Positions 31,138-41,203 of a stretch of DNA of 64,000 nucleotides are shown piece after piece. Numbering within the stretch: the first letter of the stretch is position 1; the number at the start of each line of letters is the position of its first letter. A model generated the notes under the pieces. It made no database searches. It worked only from the letters and a program-made list of their open reading frames with translations, and was not told the origin of the DNA. Made by a program: the position numbers and the translations under genes. Where the stretch lies: NCBI GenBank assembly GCA_016192455.1, contig JACPUC010000011.1:62001-126000 (forward strand), given 5' to 3'. This DNA is from Candidatus Tectimicrobiota bacterium (lineage in GTDB: Bacteria > JACPUC01).

Positions 31138-31482
31138 TTACCGTTGCTCGACGTGCTGCCCCCCGCCGGCGCGCATTGCGCGCTTCCGCCTTCGAGTGGT
31201 TTCATCCCCAACCAGCTTGACGACGGGTCGCGAGCCGGTGGCCTCGGCGTAGCGCAGCAGCGTTGTCATGCTGGGCAGGCGCCGTCCGCCCTCGAGGCGC
31301 GCCACCGCCGACTGCGACGTGCCCATGCGCTCCGCCACCTGCGCCTGCGTCAGCCCAGCCCGCGCGCGAGCGGCAATGAGTTCCCGCGCCAGGTCAAACT
31401 CTGCGGCCAGGGCATCGTAGGCGTGGCGCACCTCGGCGTCGGCAAGCATCCCGGCCTTCAGCGCCTTCAATCGCTTGGTCAC
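31138..31482 (-). CDS. higA: XRE-family HTH antitoxin (HigA-like)
   Basis: 'ARARAGLTQAQVAERMGTSQSAVARLEGG...PSMTTLLRYAEA'. Its GTG start overlaps the toxin stop. Confidence 0.85.
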   Translation of the reverse strand: MTKRLKALKAGMLADAEVRHAYDALAAEFDLARELIAARARAGLTQAQVAERMGTSQSAVARLEGGRRLPSMTTLLRYAEATGSRPVVKLVGDETTRRRKRAMRAGGGQHVEQR

Positions 31483-31805
31483 AGCTTCACCTCCTTGAGC
31501 CGCTTCAGCGCCAAGTCAAGGGCGCGCTTCGGGGTCTTCCCTGTCTTCTTCAGAAAGGCATGCAGCACGACCAGACGATGCCCAGGCGCGGCCGCGTAGA
31601 TGGCCCGCCCGATGCCCGCCCTGCCGCTCAGCCGCATCTCCCACATCTTCGTACCCAGCGGGCGCACATGCGGCATCCCTACCTGCTGAGGTCCAAACGT
31701 CTCCAACAGCTCCGCAACGCGCAGGAAGCGCCCCTGCATCTCTTTGGGCAGCGCAAGCAGCTCCGCCGCCACCGCCTTGTTGAGGAGTTCGACGCTCCAT
31801 GCCAT
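31479..31805 (-). CDS. higB: RelE/HigB-superfamily (Gp49-like) toxin
   Basis: 'VGMPHVRPL...MWEMRL...GIGRAIY...VVLHAFLKKTGKTP'. Toxin-first gene order. Confidence 0.85.
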   Translation of the reverse strand: MAWSVELLNKAVAAELLALPKEMQGRFLRVAELLETFGPQQVGMPHVRPLGTKMWEMRLSGRAGIGRAIYAAAPGHRLVVLHAFLKKTGKTPKRALDLALKRLKEVKL

Positions 31806-31825
31806 ACTATAGCACTTCTGATATA
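31806..31825 (-). promoter_or_regulatory. Extended -10 plus overlapping imperfect palindrome (probable TA autoregulatory operator)
   Basis: The minus strand reads tatatcagaagTGcTATAGTatg. The TATAnCA-N4-TGnTATA dyad lies next to the start codon. Confidence 0.5.
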
Positions 31826-31986
31826 AAAAGAGTGATCAGCCCCGTCTGGTAGCCCAGTATAAAAAAGAGAATCCACGCCGCCTACGCAGGCCGCATCGCC
31901 CCCCACCGGGATCCCCCCGGTCAGGCCCCAGGCCCTCGCCGCATGTGCCGCGAGGGCCCGCTGCTTCGATCTCCGGCTTTCCGCTC

Positions 31987-33228
31987 CTACTTCCACCACG
32001 GGGCGCGCACAAACGGGCCGGTGGCGTGCTCCTTCGGCCAGATGACGTGGCGCGACTTGCCATCCGGCCCGTGCTGGAAGACCACGGTGATCGGCCAGTT
32101 CACCTGATGCGACTCGTCGAAGTGGTAGGCCCCGCCGACGCCCTCCCATTTCAACTTTTCCAACGCTGGGATGACCTTTTCGATGTCGAGTGAACCGACC
32201 TGCTCCACGGCCGCCTTGAACATGTAGACGGCGTCGTAGGCGCGCACGTCGAGGTAGCCGTCCGCCGGGATGCCGTACTTCTCTTCGTATTTCTTGTACC
32301 AGGGTTTGGTCTTCGGGGTGATGGGGACGTCGGCGGAGGTCTGGCCGAAGATGATGTAGCCGGATTTCGGCGACATCCTGTCGGCAATCGGCGGACGGCC
32401 CAGGATGCCGGCGAAGGCTTGCAGCGGCATGCGCAGCTTGGCGTCGTAGAACTGCATCGCGAAGGGCACGGCATCGCCGCCGATCTGTGCCGTGACGACG
32501 ATATCGGGGTCCTTCGCCTTGATGTCCTCGATGACGGCGGTGAAGTCTTTCTGGTTCATGCTGACGTAGCTGCTGCCGACGATCTGCTCCTTGGTGATGA
32601 CGCCGAGCTGCAGGATGCCATCAATGAGGGTGTGCCCGAACTCGATGTCCTCGGCGACGACGTAGACCCGCTTCACCGGAAAGAAGGCCCCGCTGATCGC
32701 CGGTTTCACCATGTTCGCGGCCTGGTAGGCGTGCTGCCGCACCGCGAAGATGTAGCGATACTTCTTCGGGTCGGCCTTGATCCTGTCGGTGATCTTTGGG
32801 GTGCCTGCCACGGTGACGAGGGTGAGAATCTTGTTGCCGGCGAGGTAATCGAGGTTGGCCAGGGTCATGCCGCTGGAGAAGAAGCCCATCATGACCTGCA
32901 CCTTGTCGCTCAGCACCAGCTTGCGCAGCTCCGCCGAGCCGACGTTCACCTTGCCCTCGTCATCGCGGATGACGTACTCGATCGGGCGTCCCGCAATGCC
33001 GCCCGCGGCGTTGATCTCCTCGCGCGCCATCTCGAAGCCCTTCACCATGCGCCCGCCGGAATCCGAGAAGACGCCGGAGAGGGGGATGGGAAGCCCGATC
33101 TTGAGAGGCTCCGCGGCGTTCGCCGGGGCTCCGGTTCCCGTCATCAGCACCACGACCAGCAGCGCCACCCATGGCCACCACGCAAGCGCGCCGCCCGCCC
33201 GCACCCAACCAGCGTAATTCCCCTTCAT
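31987..33228 (-). CDS. Orphan HAAT ABC substrate-binding protein
   Basis: GGAGGGAG RBS, signal peptide, 'LKIGLPIPLSG', 'EINAAGGIAGRPIE', 'AYDAVY'. Confidence 0.88.
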   Translation of the reverse strand: MKGNYAGWVRAGGALAWWPWVALLVVVLMTGTGAPANAAEPLKIGLPIPLSGVFSDSGGRMVKGFEMAREEINAAGGIAGRPIEYVIRDDEGKVNVGSAELRKLVLSDKVQVMMGFFSSGMTLANLDYLAGNKILTLVTVAGTPKITDRIKADPKKYRYIFAVRQHAYQAANMVKPAISGAFFPVKRVYVVAEDIEFGHTLIDGILQLGVITKEQIVGSSYVSMNQKDFTAVIEDIKAKDPDIVVTAQIGGDAVPFAMQFYDAKLRMPLQAFAGILGRPPIADRMSPKSGYIIFGQTSADVPITPKTKPWYKKYEEKYGIPADGYLDVRAYDAVYMFKAAVEQVGSLDIEKVIPALEKLKWEGVGGAYHFDESHQVNWPITVVFQHGPDGKSRHVIWPKEHATGPFVRAPWWK

Positions 33229-33267
33229 CGTGCTCCCTCCCTTGCAAGCGACGAACGACGTGCAACG

Positions 33268-33577
33268 CAGGCCGCGCGGAAGAGTCTGCCGAAGCACTTG
33301 AAGCCATGGCGCAGGACTTGTAGGCACGCCTTGTGCGCCAAGTCGAGCGCCCGGCGGAGGTCCTTCAGCAACGTCTCCTCGGCCTTGCCCTTCTGCTGGT
33401 TCTTGAGGTATTCCCACGCCTTCGGCTGGGTCTCTTGAACAAAGGCCAAGAGAACCGTACAATCGATACAGCGCTCACCGTCAAAAGCGTCGCGGTCGGC
33501 CTTGGCGTATCCACCGGAGGTGAGCAGGCGATGGTCAATGGCGGTCTCAAAGACAGCTTCGGTGTGTGGTCCGCCGG
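33268..33577 (-). pseudogene. hsdR: N-terminal fragment of a type I restriction enzyme R subunit
   Basis: Minus strand reads PADH / (frameshift) HTEAVFETAIDHRLLTSGGYAKADRDAFDGERCIDCTVLLAFVQETQPKAWEYL...ETLLKDLRRALD...CLQVLRHGFKCFGRLFR. This is a typical HsdR N-terminus with no start codon, truncated after ~100 codons. Confidence 0.75.
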
Positions 33578-33916
33578 TGGTGTCCTTCGTCCCCGACGCC
33601 CTTTACCCCACTCTGCGGTACTTTATGCACCGCCATGGCGCGCGCCGTAACTACTTGTCGCGCCATGGCGTCGTCACTTATGCGTCACTTTTGGTCGCGA
33701 TATGCGTCATTTTTCGGACGGTCGGAACCGCGGGCCCGGCGCCGCGCTCCGCGCCGATGATCATCACCCCCAGAAGCACCGCCGCCACCAGCCACCGCAC
33801 CCGCTTGCCGCTCAGCCGCACCCTGCTAACGTAACACCGCTTTATACTCCGCCCTCCTGTCAAGAGCTGAAAATCCTGCTCAAAGTATTTAGGTCCAGAG
33901 TTTACGTTGTATCAGA

Positions 33917-34510
33917 CTACTTTGCCTGTTGCCTCTGTTGCTGAAGTTTGTTTACTCTTGCTGGAGTAATGTAGAATTCCTCAATGAGGATTTCTACAAA
34001 CCCTAAAAGTACTGATGCATTCTCCCTTGTTACATTGCTCAATTGGTCATCATCAGGATGTGCTCCGATATTACCATATTCTCTTATTTCATCAGCTAAC
34101 GCGTGGTAGCGTTGCGGTAGAATACTCTTTTGCTTTGCATGGTCGATTTGCTGGGCGAGCTTATGCTGTGTACAGCCTTGAGATTTGAGACATCGTTGTA
34201 ACACTCGTCTGCTCATGGTCATAGATGACAAGAAGCATCCAAAACTCAAGCATCGACTGGCCTCTTCATATTCACTGCGGATTTCAGTGGAAATGTTAAG
34301 GTCAGGATCAAGTTCTAGGGATGTCGGAGGGTAAATCCGCTCAAGGCTCTCTCCCTGGATTTCAATCAGTATTAATCCTCCGCAATCTGGATTTTGACAT
34401 TGCGCAATGAACCATTGTTTCTGCCTATTTGTTGCAAAAGATCCTTTCCACAGATCACTGGTCTGAACGTGTTTCACCTTACAGTGAGGACATTGGTGAA
34501 GAATGCTCAT
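33917..34510 (-). CDS. DUF4145-domain protein with N-terminal Zn-ribbon, AT-rich
   Basis: CPHC...CQNPDC, 'EYEEASRC', 'MSRRVLQ', 'IREYGNIGAH' (HEPN-like R-x-x-G-N-x-x-A-H). Confidence 0.8.
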   Translation of the reverse strand: MSILHQCPHCKVKHVQTSDLWKGSFATNRQKQWFIAQCQNPDCGGLILIEIQGESLERIYPPTSLELDPDLNISTEIRSEYEEASRCLSFGCFLSSMTMSRRVLQRCLKSQGCTQHKLAQQIDHAKQKSILPQRYHALADEIREYGNIGAHPDDDQLSNVTRENASVLLGFVEILIEEFYITPARVNKLQQQRQQAK

Positions 34511-34909
34511 TTCCTTAGCTCCAAGGTGCGAGCAACTCTATTCTGTTCACAACCGATCCGCTTCGCTTTCACACTCATCAACAAGAACCGCAGGTGCGGG
34601 TTAAATAAGGCTCAAGCTATTCTTACAGGCACGGCAACGTCGTAAGGAAGCCAGGGGCACCCCGTAAGCGGCCAAATCAGGCGGCTGGCCGAAGTGGCTG
34701 GCTCATCTGCTCCAGGCCGCGCCAATGCCAGCTTTGACCCTGTACGAACATTAATCCTCCTCTATGAGCGTGTCCTTTGTCAACGTCCTCGTCTGAGCGG
34801 CTGCCCAAAGAGGAGCCGCGAGCGACGACCTGCCCGCGGGCGTGCGGTTCTAGTTAAAGAGTGCGCACGGGACCGCCCGGCTTTCCCCCCCCTCCCTCCC
34901 GCCACCACC

Positions 34910-36502
34910 TCAGCCCAATCCCCGCAGCTTGCAGCCCTCCTGGCGCAGCTTGAACTTCTGCACCTTGCCCGAGGCGGTGAGGGGAAAGCGGTCGGTGACG
35001 TGGACGTGCTGGGGGATTTTGTAGCTGGCGATCTTCCCCTTGCAGTAAGCTTGCAGCTCCTCCTCCGTGAGCCGCATGCCGGGGCGCAGCTCCACGAAGG
35101 CCATGCCCACCTCGCCGTAAACCTTGTCCGGCACCCCCACGACGCACACCTGCTTGATGGCGGGATGACGGCTGAGGAAGTTCTCCACCTCGATCGGGTA
35201 GATGTTGGTGCCGCCGCGGATGTAGAGCTCCTTCAGGCGGCCGGTGACCCGCAGGTGGCCGTCGGGCTCGTGCACGAAGAGGTCGCCGGTGCGCAGCCAG
35301 GCGTCGGGGGTGATCGCCTGCGCCGTCTCCTCCGGCATGTTGTAGTAGCCGCGGGTGATGTTCGGGCCGCGCAGCCAGAGCTCGCCGGAAGCGCCGCGCG
35401 GCGCCTCCTTGCCCGTCCGCGGGTCGACGATGCGCACCTCGAGGTAGTCGTGCGGCACGCCCACCGTGGTGGCGATGATCTCCGGCGTGTCGTCGGGGCG
35501 ATTCTTCGACACCCCCATCGTCTCCGACATGCCGAAGCCGCTGAAGAGACGAACCCCTGGGAAGTTGCGCAGAATCTCCTCGATGAGGGCCGGCGTGGAG
35601 GGCGCTCCCCCGATCCAGGCGAAACGCAGGGAACTGAGGTCGCGCGAGGCGAAGTCGGGGCGGGCCATCATCATCTGAAACATCGTCGGCGTGCCGGAGA
35701 TGATGCTGATGTGCTCGCCTTCGATCAGCTCGAGGGCGCGCTCGGCGTGGAACGTCGGCAGGGCCACGCTGGCCGCCCCCGCGTAGATGGCGCCGTTGAC
35801 GCCATAGGAGAAGCCGAGGATGTGGAAGAACGGCCCCAGCATGAGGATGCGGTCGGCCGGGGTGACGTTGGCGTACTCCCGCAGCGTGCGGGCATTCAGG
35901 AGCACCTGCCCCTGGTCGAGCATGGCGCCCTTCGACTTGCCGGTGGTGCCGGAGGTGTAGATGATGAGCGAGATGTCATCGGGCCTGACGACGGCGCGGC
36001 GCGCCGCCAGGTCGGCGTCGCCCCGTCGTTCTCCCAGGCGCACGAAGGTGTCCAGCGTCATGCCGCCGGGGAATGCGGCCTCCCCCACGCTGATGACCTG
36101 GCGCAGCCTCGGCAGGGCGGCATGGCCGAGGCGCGGCATGATCTCGCTCAGCATGGCGTGGTAGTTGGAGCCGAGAAACTCGGGCATGGTCAGCAGCGCC
36201 ACGCTCTCCGATTGATGCAGGCAGTAGCGCAGCTCCTCGGTCCGGTAGCGGGTGTTGACGGGCACCAGCACCGCCCCGATCTGCGCCAGCGCAAGCTGCG
36301 CCGCGATCCACTCGGGGCAGTTTTTCAGCAGCAGCGCCACGTGCTCGCCAGGCTCCACCCCTTGGGCCAGGAAGGCGCGGGCGTAGGCCGTGCTTTGCTG
36401 CATGAGCGTGTGGTAGGTCCAGGATTTCTCGGCATCCTTGACGGCGAGACGGTCAGGCTGGCTGGCGGCGATTCCTGCGAAGTGATCCCAGATCGACTCC
36501 AT
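34910..36502 (-). CDS. Acyl-CoA synthetase (AMP-binding family)
   Basis: YTSGTTGKSKG, PFFH, GFGMSE, WLRTGDL, GRLKELYIRGGTNIYP, TASGKVQK. GAGGGAG RBS before 36502. Confidence 0.92.
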   Translation of the reverse strand: MESIWDHFAGIAASQPDRLAVKDAEKSWTYHTLMQQSTAYARAFLAQGVEPGEHVALLLKNCPEWIAAQLALAQIGAVLVPVNTRYRTEELRYCLHQSESVALLTMPEFLGSNYHAMLSEIMPRLGHAALPRLRQVISVGEAAFPGGMTLDTFVRLGERRGDADLAARRAVVRPDDISLIIYTSGTTGKSKGAMLDQGQVLLNARTLREYANVTPADRILMLGPFFHILGFSYGVNGAIYAGAASVALPTFHAERALELIEGEHISIISGTPTMFQMMMARPDFASRDLSSLRFAWIGGAPSTPALIEEILRNFPGVRLFSGFGMSETMGVSKNRPDDTPEIIATTVGVPHDYLEVRIVDPRTGKEAPRGASGELWLRGPNITRGYYNMPEETAQAITPDAWLRTGDLFVHEPDGHLRVTGRLKELYIRGGTNIYPIEVENFLSRHPAIKQVCVVGVPDKVYGEVGMAFVELRPGMRLTEEELQAYCKGKIASYKIPQHVHVTDRFPLTASGKVQKFKLRQEGCKLRGLG

Positions 36503-36832
36503 CTCTCCCTCGCTCGTTGGTCGTCTGCCTCTGCGGGGAGGCGCCGTCTGCGCCGACGCGGACCGCCTCGGCCTGCCTTTGCGGCAGACAGGGGCCGCGA
36601 AGCGAAACAGGCCGTTGGGCTTCCCTAGTTGCACCTGACGGGGCTGCCGGACCGCGTGGGGATGGCCGCGCCGAACACCGGGGGTGGAGGCTGAGCATGT
36701 CACGATCCGCGCGCCGCCGCAAGCCCCCTGGCCGGGCCTCGCGAGACGCGGCGGGTCTCGCGCCTCCTGATAGGAAGCGGCGTTCGGTGCTTCGGGGCGC
36801 CGCCCCCTCCTTGACGATGGGAGTAAAAAAGT

Positions 36833-36865
36833 TTGACGGCTTAACAGAACCGTGCTAGAAGTCAA
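36833..36865 (+). promoter_or_regulatory. Probable sigma70 promoter, possibly overlapping a divergent one
   Basis: TTGACG (36833-36838)-N17-TAGAAG (36856-36861) with TG extension. gtcaa at 36861-36865 gives TTGAC on the minus strand, toward the ligase. Confidence 0.55.
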
Positions 36866-37034
36866 GAGCATTTCCAACGTGGGGCGAGCCGTCTTGCAGC
36901 TTGCCGGGCGCTGCGCCGGCGGGCAGCGGCGGGAGGAGGAGGGGTGGTGCTGCGCGCGGCTCCAAGTCGCGCCGCCTCGCCACGGGCTCGCCCCTTGCGC
37001 TGGCCGGTTCCAATGGTTCAAGGGGGAAGAGGAG

Positions 37035-38249
37035 ATGAGTTCAGGTCTGCGGCGTTTTGCATGCACGGTGGGTATCGTCCTGAGCTGCCTGTGCCTGGGG
37101 GTCGGTCTGCTTGCGTCCGCGGCGGCTGAGGGACAATCGCGCGAGCCGATCAAGATCGGGCTGCTCACCCCCCTGAAAGGTGCCCTGGCCCAAAACGGCA
37201 CCGATGTCTCCGAAGGCGTCAGGCTTTACTTCTCGGAACAGAAGAGCGAACTTGCCGGGCGGAAGATCGATCTCATCATCGAGGACACCGCCAGCGACGT
37301 GAACACCGGCCTGACCAAAGCCCGCAAGCTCATTGAACGCGATCAGGTGAAGGTCATCATTGGGCCGGTTCACAGCGGCGTCGCCATGGCGATCCGCAAC
37401 CTGGTGGATGACCGCAAAATCCCGCTCGTCATCACCCAGGCAACGGCGAACGCCCTGACGCAAGAGAAGGCGAGCCCGTACATTTTCCGTCCGTCGTTCA
37501 CCAGCGCCCAGATGCATCTCCCCTTGGGGCCGTACATGGTCAAGAAGCTCGGCTGGAAGCGCGTCGCGGTGCTGGCCCTGGACTACGTGGCGGGTCGCGA
37601 GCAGGCGGACGGGTTCATCAAGAGCTTCAAGGAAGCCGGCGGCACCGTGGCCCTCGAGCTCTACCCCAACCTCGGCGCCACCGACATGGCGCCCTACCTG
37701 ACGCGCATCCGCTCCGAGGCTGAGAAGCTCGACGCCGTGGTGGCCCTCCTTTGGAGCCCGACCGCCATCCATTTCGTGAAAGGCTACCAAGACTTCGGCC
37801 TGAAAGGGAAGCTGCCCCTCTTCGCTCATGGGGCCACGGTGGATGAATCGTTTTTCCCCTCCGAGGGGGATGCCGCCCTGGGGATTCTCAGCCACCTCTT
37901 CTGGTCGCGGGTTCTCGACACCCCGGAAAACAAGCGCGTCTCGAAGCTCATCCAACAGCAGTACAACCGCCCCATGGCCAACAACCACGATCTCGGCTAC
38001 ACCGCCGCCAAGGTGGTGGGCGAGGCGGTGAAGGCAGTGAAGGGCAACGTGGAAGATCAAGCGAAGTTCCTGCAGGCCCTGCGGCAGGTGCGCTTCGAGG
38101 CGCCGCGCGGCCCCTTCCGCTTCGATGACAAGCAGAACGCCGTGATCAACGTCTACATCCGGCGGGTCGAGAAGGTGAACGGCCAGCTCGAGAACGTCGT
38201 CATCGACACGATTCCGGATGTCGACCAGTTCTGGAAGCCGAAGATGTAG
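37035..38249 (+). CDS. HAAT ABC substrate-binding protein
   Basis: GAGGAG RBS, signal peptide, 'IKIGLLTPLKG', 'IIGPVHSGVA', 'FEAPRGPFRFD'. Confidence 0.88.
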   Translation: MSSGLRRFACTVGIVLSCLCLGVGLLASAAAEGQSREPIKIGLLTPLKGALAQNGTDVSEGVRLYFSEQKSELAGRKIDLIIEDTASDVNTGLTKARKLIERDQVKVIIGPVHSGVAMAIRNLVDDRKIPLVITQATANALTQEKASPYIFRPSFTSAQMHLPLGPYMVKKLGWKRVAVLALDYVAGREQADGFIKSFKEAGGTVALELYPNLGATDMAPYLTRIRSEAEKLDAVVALLWSPTAIHFVKGYQDFGLKGKLPLFAHGATVDESFFPSEGDAALGILSHLFWSRVLDTPENKRVSKLIQQQYNRPMANNHDLGYTAAKVVGEAVKAVKGNVEDQAKFLQALRQVRFEAPRGPFRFDDKQNAVINVYIRRVEKVNGQLENVVIDTIPDVDQFWKPKM

Positions 38250-38458
38250 CGCGGCGCGCCGGGCTCGCTTGGGGCGGCGCGGACTGCGCTCTCGCGCGCC
38301 GCCCCGCAGCCGCGGCGCACTTGGGCGGCGCCTCGTCCCGCCCGTCGCCGCGCCAAGGTGGCGCCATGCCGGCGGCCCGGCGGAGAGGTTGGGCATCCCC
38401 ATCCGCCGAGACATTCCATCACCACAGCCAAGGCAGTACGAATCACAAGGAGGTTGAC

Positions 38459-39838
38459 ATGTGCCAGGCGACGGCGACACCCAGTCTGAGCTACGAGGAG
38501 CTCTTGCACCAATCCCGACCAGCGATTGTCGATATCTCCGGCCTGAGCCCGTACGCCGAGCACCTGGCGAGCCAGCCGGAGGCTCGGCACTCGCACGTCG
38601 GCTTCTTCGGCTACGGCAGCACCAAGGCGGGGGATCGGGTGCTCATCGCCGTTGACACCGAGTACGACCCCATCGTGCCGAACGCCATTGCCAAGGCCCT
38701 GCGGGCGCGCGGCGCCAAGGTGGACATCATCACCGTCGATAAGGGTTTCAACAAGGAGTTCGACGAGCTGGATGAGATCCGCGTCAGCATCAGGCGGGAG
38801 TCGTGGAACACCAACCCGCGGCGCTGGGAGGGGACCCCCTGGATCGAGGAGCTTGCCGGCACGAAGAAGTACGACCTCCTTATCCACGGCAAGGGGGGGC
38901 CGGTGGCGCCGTCGTCGTACCGCTACGCCATGATCCCCTGGCTCGGCGTCGATCACTTCGCCGGCCCCAGCACCATCTACCCCCGCGACCTGCAGAAGCT
39001 GATCAACGTGAAGTCCTGGGCCAACTTGTGGGGGAAGGGTCGCGGCGGCAAGGTGCGCATCTCCGACCCGGAAGGGACCGATTTCTCCTTCACGCTCCTC
39101 GAGGAGTACTACGACGGGCGCTACGGCTTCACCGACACGCCGCACTGGGGCCACATGTTCTCCCACCCCACGCTGCCGATCCATGAGCGCGACGACGCCA
39201 CGGGGATCGTCAAGGGCACCACCAACCACTTCTCCCGCCCCTTCCCGCAGATCACCGTCCACCTGGAGAACTGCGCCGTCACCAAGGTTGAGGGGGGCAA
39301 TGAGTACGGCGCCGCCTGGCGGGAGGTCCTGGAAGAGACGAAGAACATCAAGTACCCCAGCTTCCCGCGCCCCGGCCTCTTCTGGCTGTGGGAGGCGGCC
39401 ATCGGCACGAACCCGAAAATCCGCCGTCCGCCCAACATCCACCTGCACTCCTCCGGCGGCCACGAGTGGGAGCGCCGCCGCGCGGGCGTCATCCACCTCG
39501 GCTTCGGCACGGGGTGGCGCGGCCCGGAGGAGCGCTATGCCATCGAGCACGGGCTCACCTACGGCCACCTGCACGTCCATCTCCTCTTCCCGACCGTGGA
39601 GGTGACGACGAAGTCCGGCGAGACCCTGAAGGTGATCGAGCGCGGCCGGTTGAACGCCTTTGACGATCCCGAGGTGCGCGGGCTGGCGACGAAGTACGGC
39701 GACCCCGATGAGCTGCTGCGCGTGGACTGGATTCCGGAGATTCCCGGCGTCTCCGCGCCCGGCTCGTACGCGGAGTACGCCAAGAACCCCGTCCCCTGGC
39801 ACTACAAGGACAAGGAGCGGGGAGCGGGGGCGGCGTAA
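38459..39838 (+). CDS. Aminopeptidase T/M29-superfamily-like metalloenzyme of unknown function
   Basis: 'KAGDRVLI', 'VRISDPEGTDFSF', 'ATGIV', 'WEAAIGTNP', 'GVIHLGFG', 'HLHVHLLFPT...KVIERGRL' follow the M29/NicX layout. AGGAGG RBS. Confidence 0.6.
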   Translation: MCQATATPSLSYEELLHQSRPAIVDISGLSPYAEHLASQPEARHSHVGFFGYGSTKAGDRVLIAVDTEYDPIVPNAIAKALRARGAKVDIITVDKGFNKEFDELDEIRVSIRRESWNTNPRRWEGTPWIEELAGTKKYDLLIHGKGGPVAPSSYRYAMIPWLGVDHFAGPSTIYPRDLQKLINVKSWANLWGKGRGGKVRISDPEGTDFSFTLLEEYYDGRYGFTDTPHWGHMFSHPTLPIHERDDATGIVKGTTNHFSRPFPQITVHLENCAVTKVEGGNEYGAAWREVLEETKNIKYPSFPRPGLFWLWEAAIGTNPKIRRPPNIHLHSSGGHEWERRRAGVIHLGFGTGWRGPEERYAIEHGLTYGHLHVHLLFPTVEVTTKSGETLKVIERGRLNAFDDPEVRGLATKYGDPDELLRVDWIPEIPGVSAPGSYAEYAKNPVPWHYKDKERGAGAA

Positions 39839-39940
39839 GAGCGCCGGCGTCCGCGTCGCATGCCGCGCTGCGGGGAGGCGAGGCCGGGAGGCGCGTCCAG
39901 CGCAGCGGGGCGGGGGCTTGCCGCGGCAGGGAGGTGCAGC

Positions 39941-41182
39941 GTGGAGAAGCTCGCGTACGGGGTGGGAGCGGTTGATTGGCAGGGGCGCATCGACTTCGCC
40001 CGCATGCGGCGGGAGCGGCTCGCCAAGGCCCAGGCGGCCATGAAGAAGCACGGCATCGCCGCCGCGCTGCTCTACCGCTCCGATAACATCCGCTACCTCA
40101 CCGGCGTGCGCGGCGCGCCGGAGTTCGTGCCCGGGCTGCGCTACGCCCTGGCCTTCGCCGAGCACGAGCCGATCATCTACGAGCTGGGGGATACCCTCGA
40201 GTTCAACCGCCACCACTGCCACTGGATCAAGCCGGAGAACTGGCGCTTCTCCTACTGCTGGCTGAACGGCATCGGCGGCCCGGAGGCGTCGCGCGAGACC
40301 GGGCGGAAGTGGGCCGCCGCTATTGCCCGCGACCTGGCGGAGCGCGGCCTGAAAGGGGAGAAGCTCGGCGTGGACGGCATCGACGACGTGGCGCGCGAGG
40401 CCCTCGCCGCCGAGGGGATCAGCGTCGTCAGCGTCACCCCGGCGATGCGCGAGGCGCGCCGCACCAAGACGGCGGACGAGATCAACTGCATGCGGGTGGC
40501 GGTGAACATCTCGAATGCCGGCTACGCCGACCTCTGCCGCCAAGCGAGCCCCGGCATGCGCGAGTGCGACCTCGGCGGCTCCGCCATCAACGCCATCTGG
40601 CGGGCGGGCGCGGAGGCCGCCGTGGCCACGCCGCGCTCCGGCCCCTTCACCTACGAAGTCACCCACATCACCAACACCGACCGCATCATCGAGCCGGGCG
40701 ACCTCATCACCATGAACGTCTGCAGCACCACTTACATGGGCTACCGGGTCTGCATCTACCGCAGCTTCAAGGTGGGACGAAAGCCCACCGCCAAGGAGAA
40801 GGACTGGTACCAGAGGATGTATGACCGCATCTACGCCGTGATCGGCGAAATCCGCCCCGGCGCCACCACCGCGGACGCCGCCAAGCACTTCCTGCCCGCC
40901 AGCACCTGGGGCTACGAGGCCGATGAGCGGCTGCTGGTGGCCGAAGTCGGCCACGGCCTTGGCATGGGCTACGAAGAGCCGGTGATCAGCCGCATCTGGT
41001 CGGAGAAGTATCCGCAGCCGATCGAGCCCGGCATGGTGATCGCCGTCGAGTCGCGCGAGGGGGAGCTCGGCTATGGCGGGGTGCGCATGGAGGAGATGGT
41101 CGTCGTCACCGAGACCGGCCACGAGGTCGTCTCGAACTGGCCCTCGGAAGAGATCATGCCCATCGCGGCCTTCACGATCTGA
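39941..41182 (+). CDS. M24 (Xaa-Pro peptidase/creatinase fold) family protein
   Basis: 'DNIRYLTG', 'ARRTKTADEI', 'PGMRECD', 'IEPGDL', 'GHGLG', 'IEPGMVIAVE', 'GVRMEEMVVVTETG'. GGAGG before the GTG. Confidence 0.85.
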   Translation: MEKLAYGVGAVDWQGRIDFARMRRERLAKAQAAMKKHGIAAALLYRSDNIRYLTGVRGAPEFVPGLRYALAFAEHEPIIYELGDTLEFNRHHCHWIKPENWRFSYCWLNGIGGPEASRETGRKWAAAIARDLAERGLKGEKLGVDGIDDVAREALAAEGISVVSVTPAMREARRTKTADEINCMRVAVNISNAGYADLCRQASPGMRECDLGGSAINAIWRAGAEAAVATPRSGPFTYEVTHITNTDRIIEPGDLITMNVCSTTYMGYRVCIYRSFKVGRKPTAKEKDWYQRMYDRIYAVIGEIRPGATTADAAKHFLPASTWGYEADERLLVAEVGHGLGMGYEEPVISRIWSEKYPQPIEPGMVIAVESREGELGYGGVRMEEMVVVTETGHEVVSNWPSEEIMPIAAFTI

Positions 41183-41203
41183 GGGGGCTGAGGAGGAGGA
41201 GCC

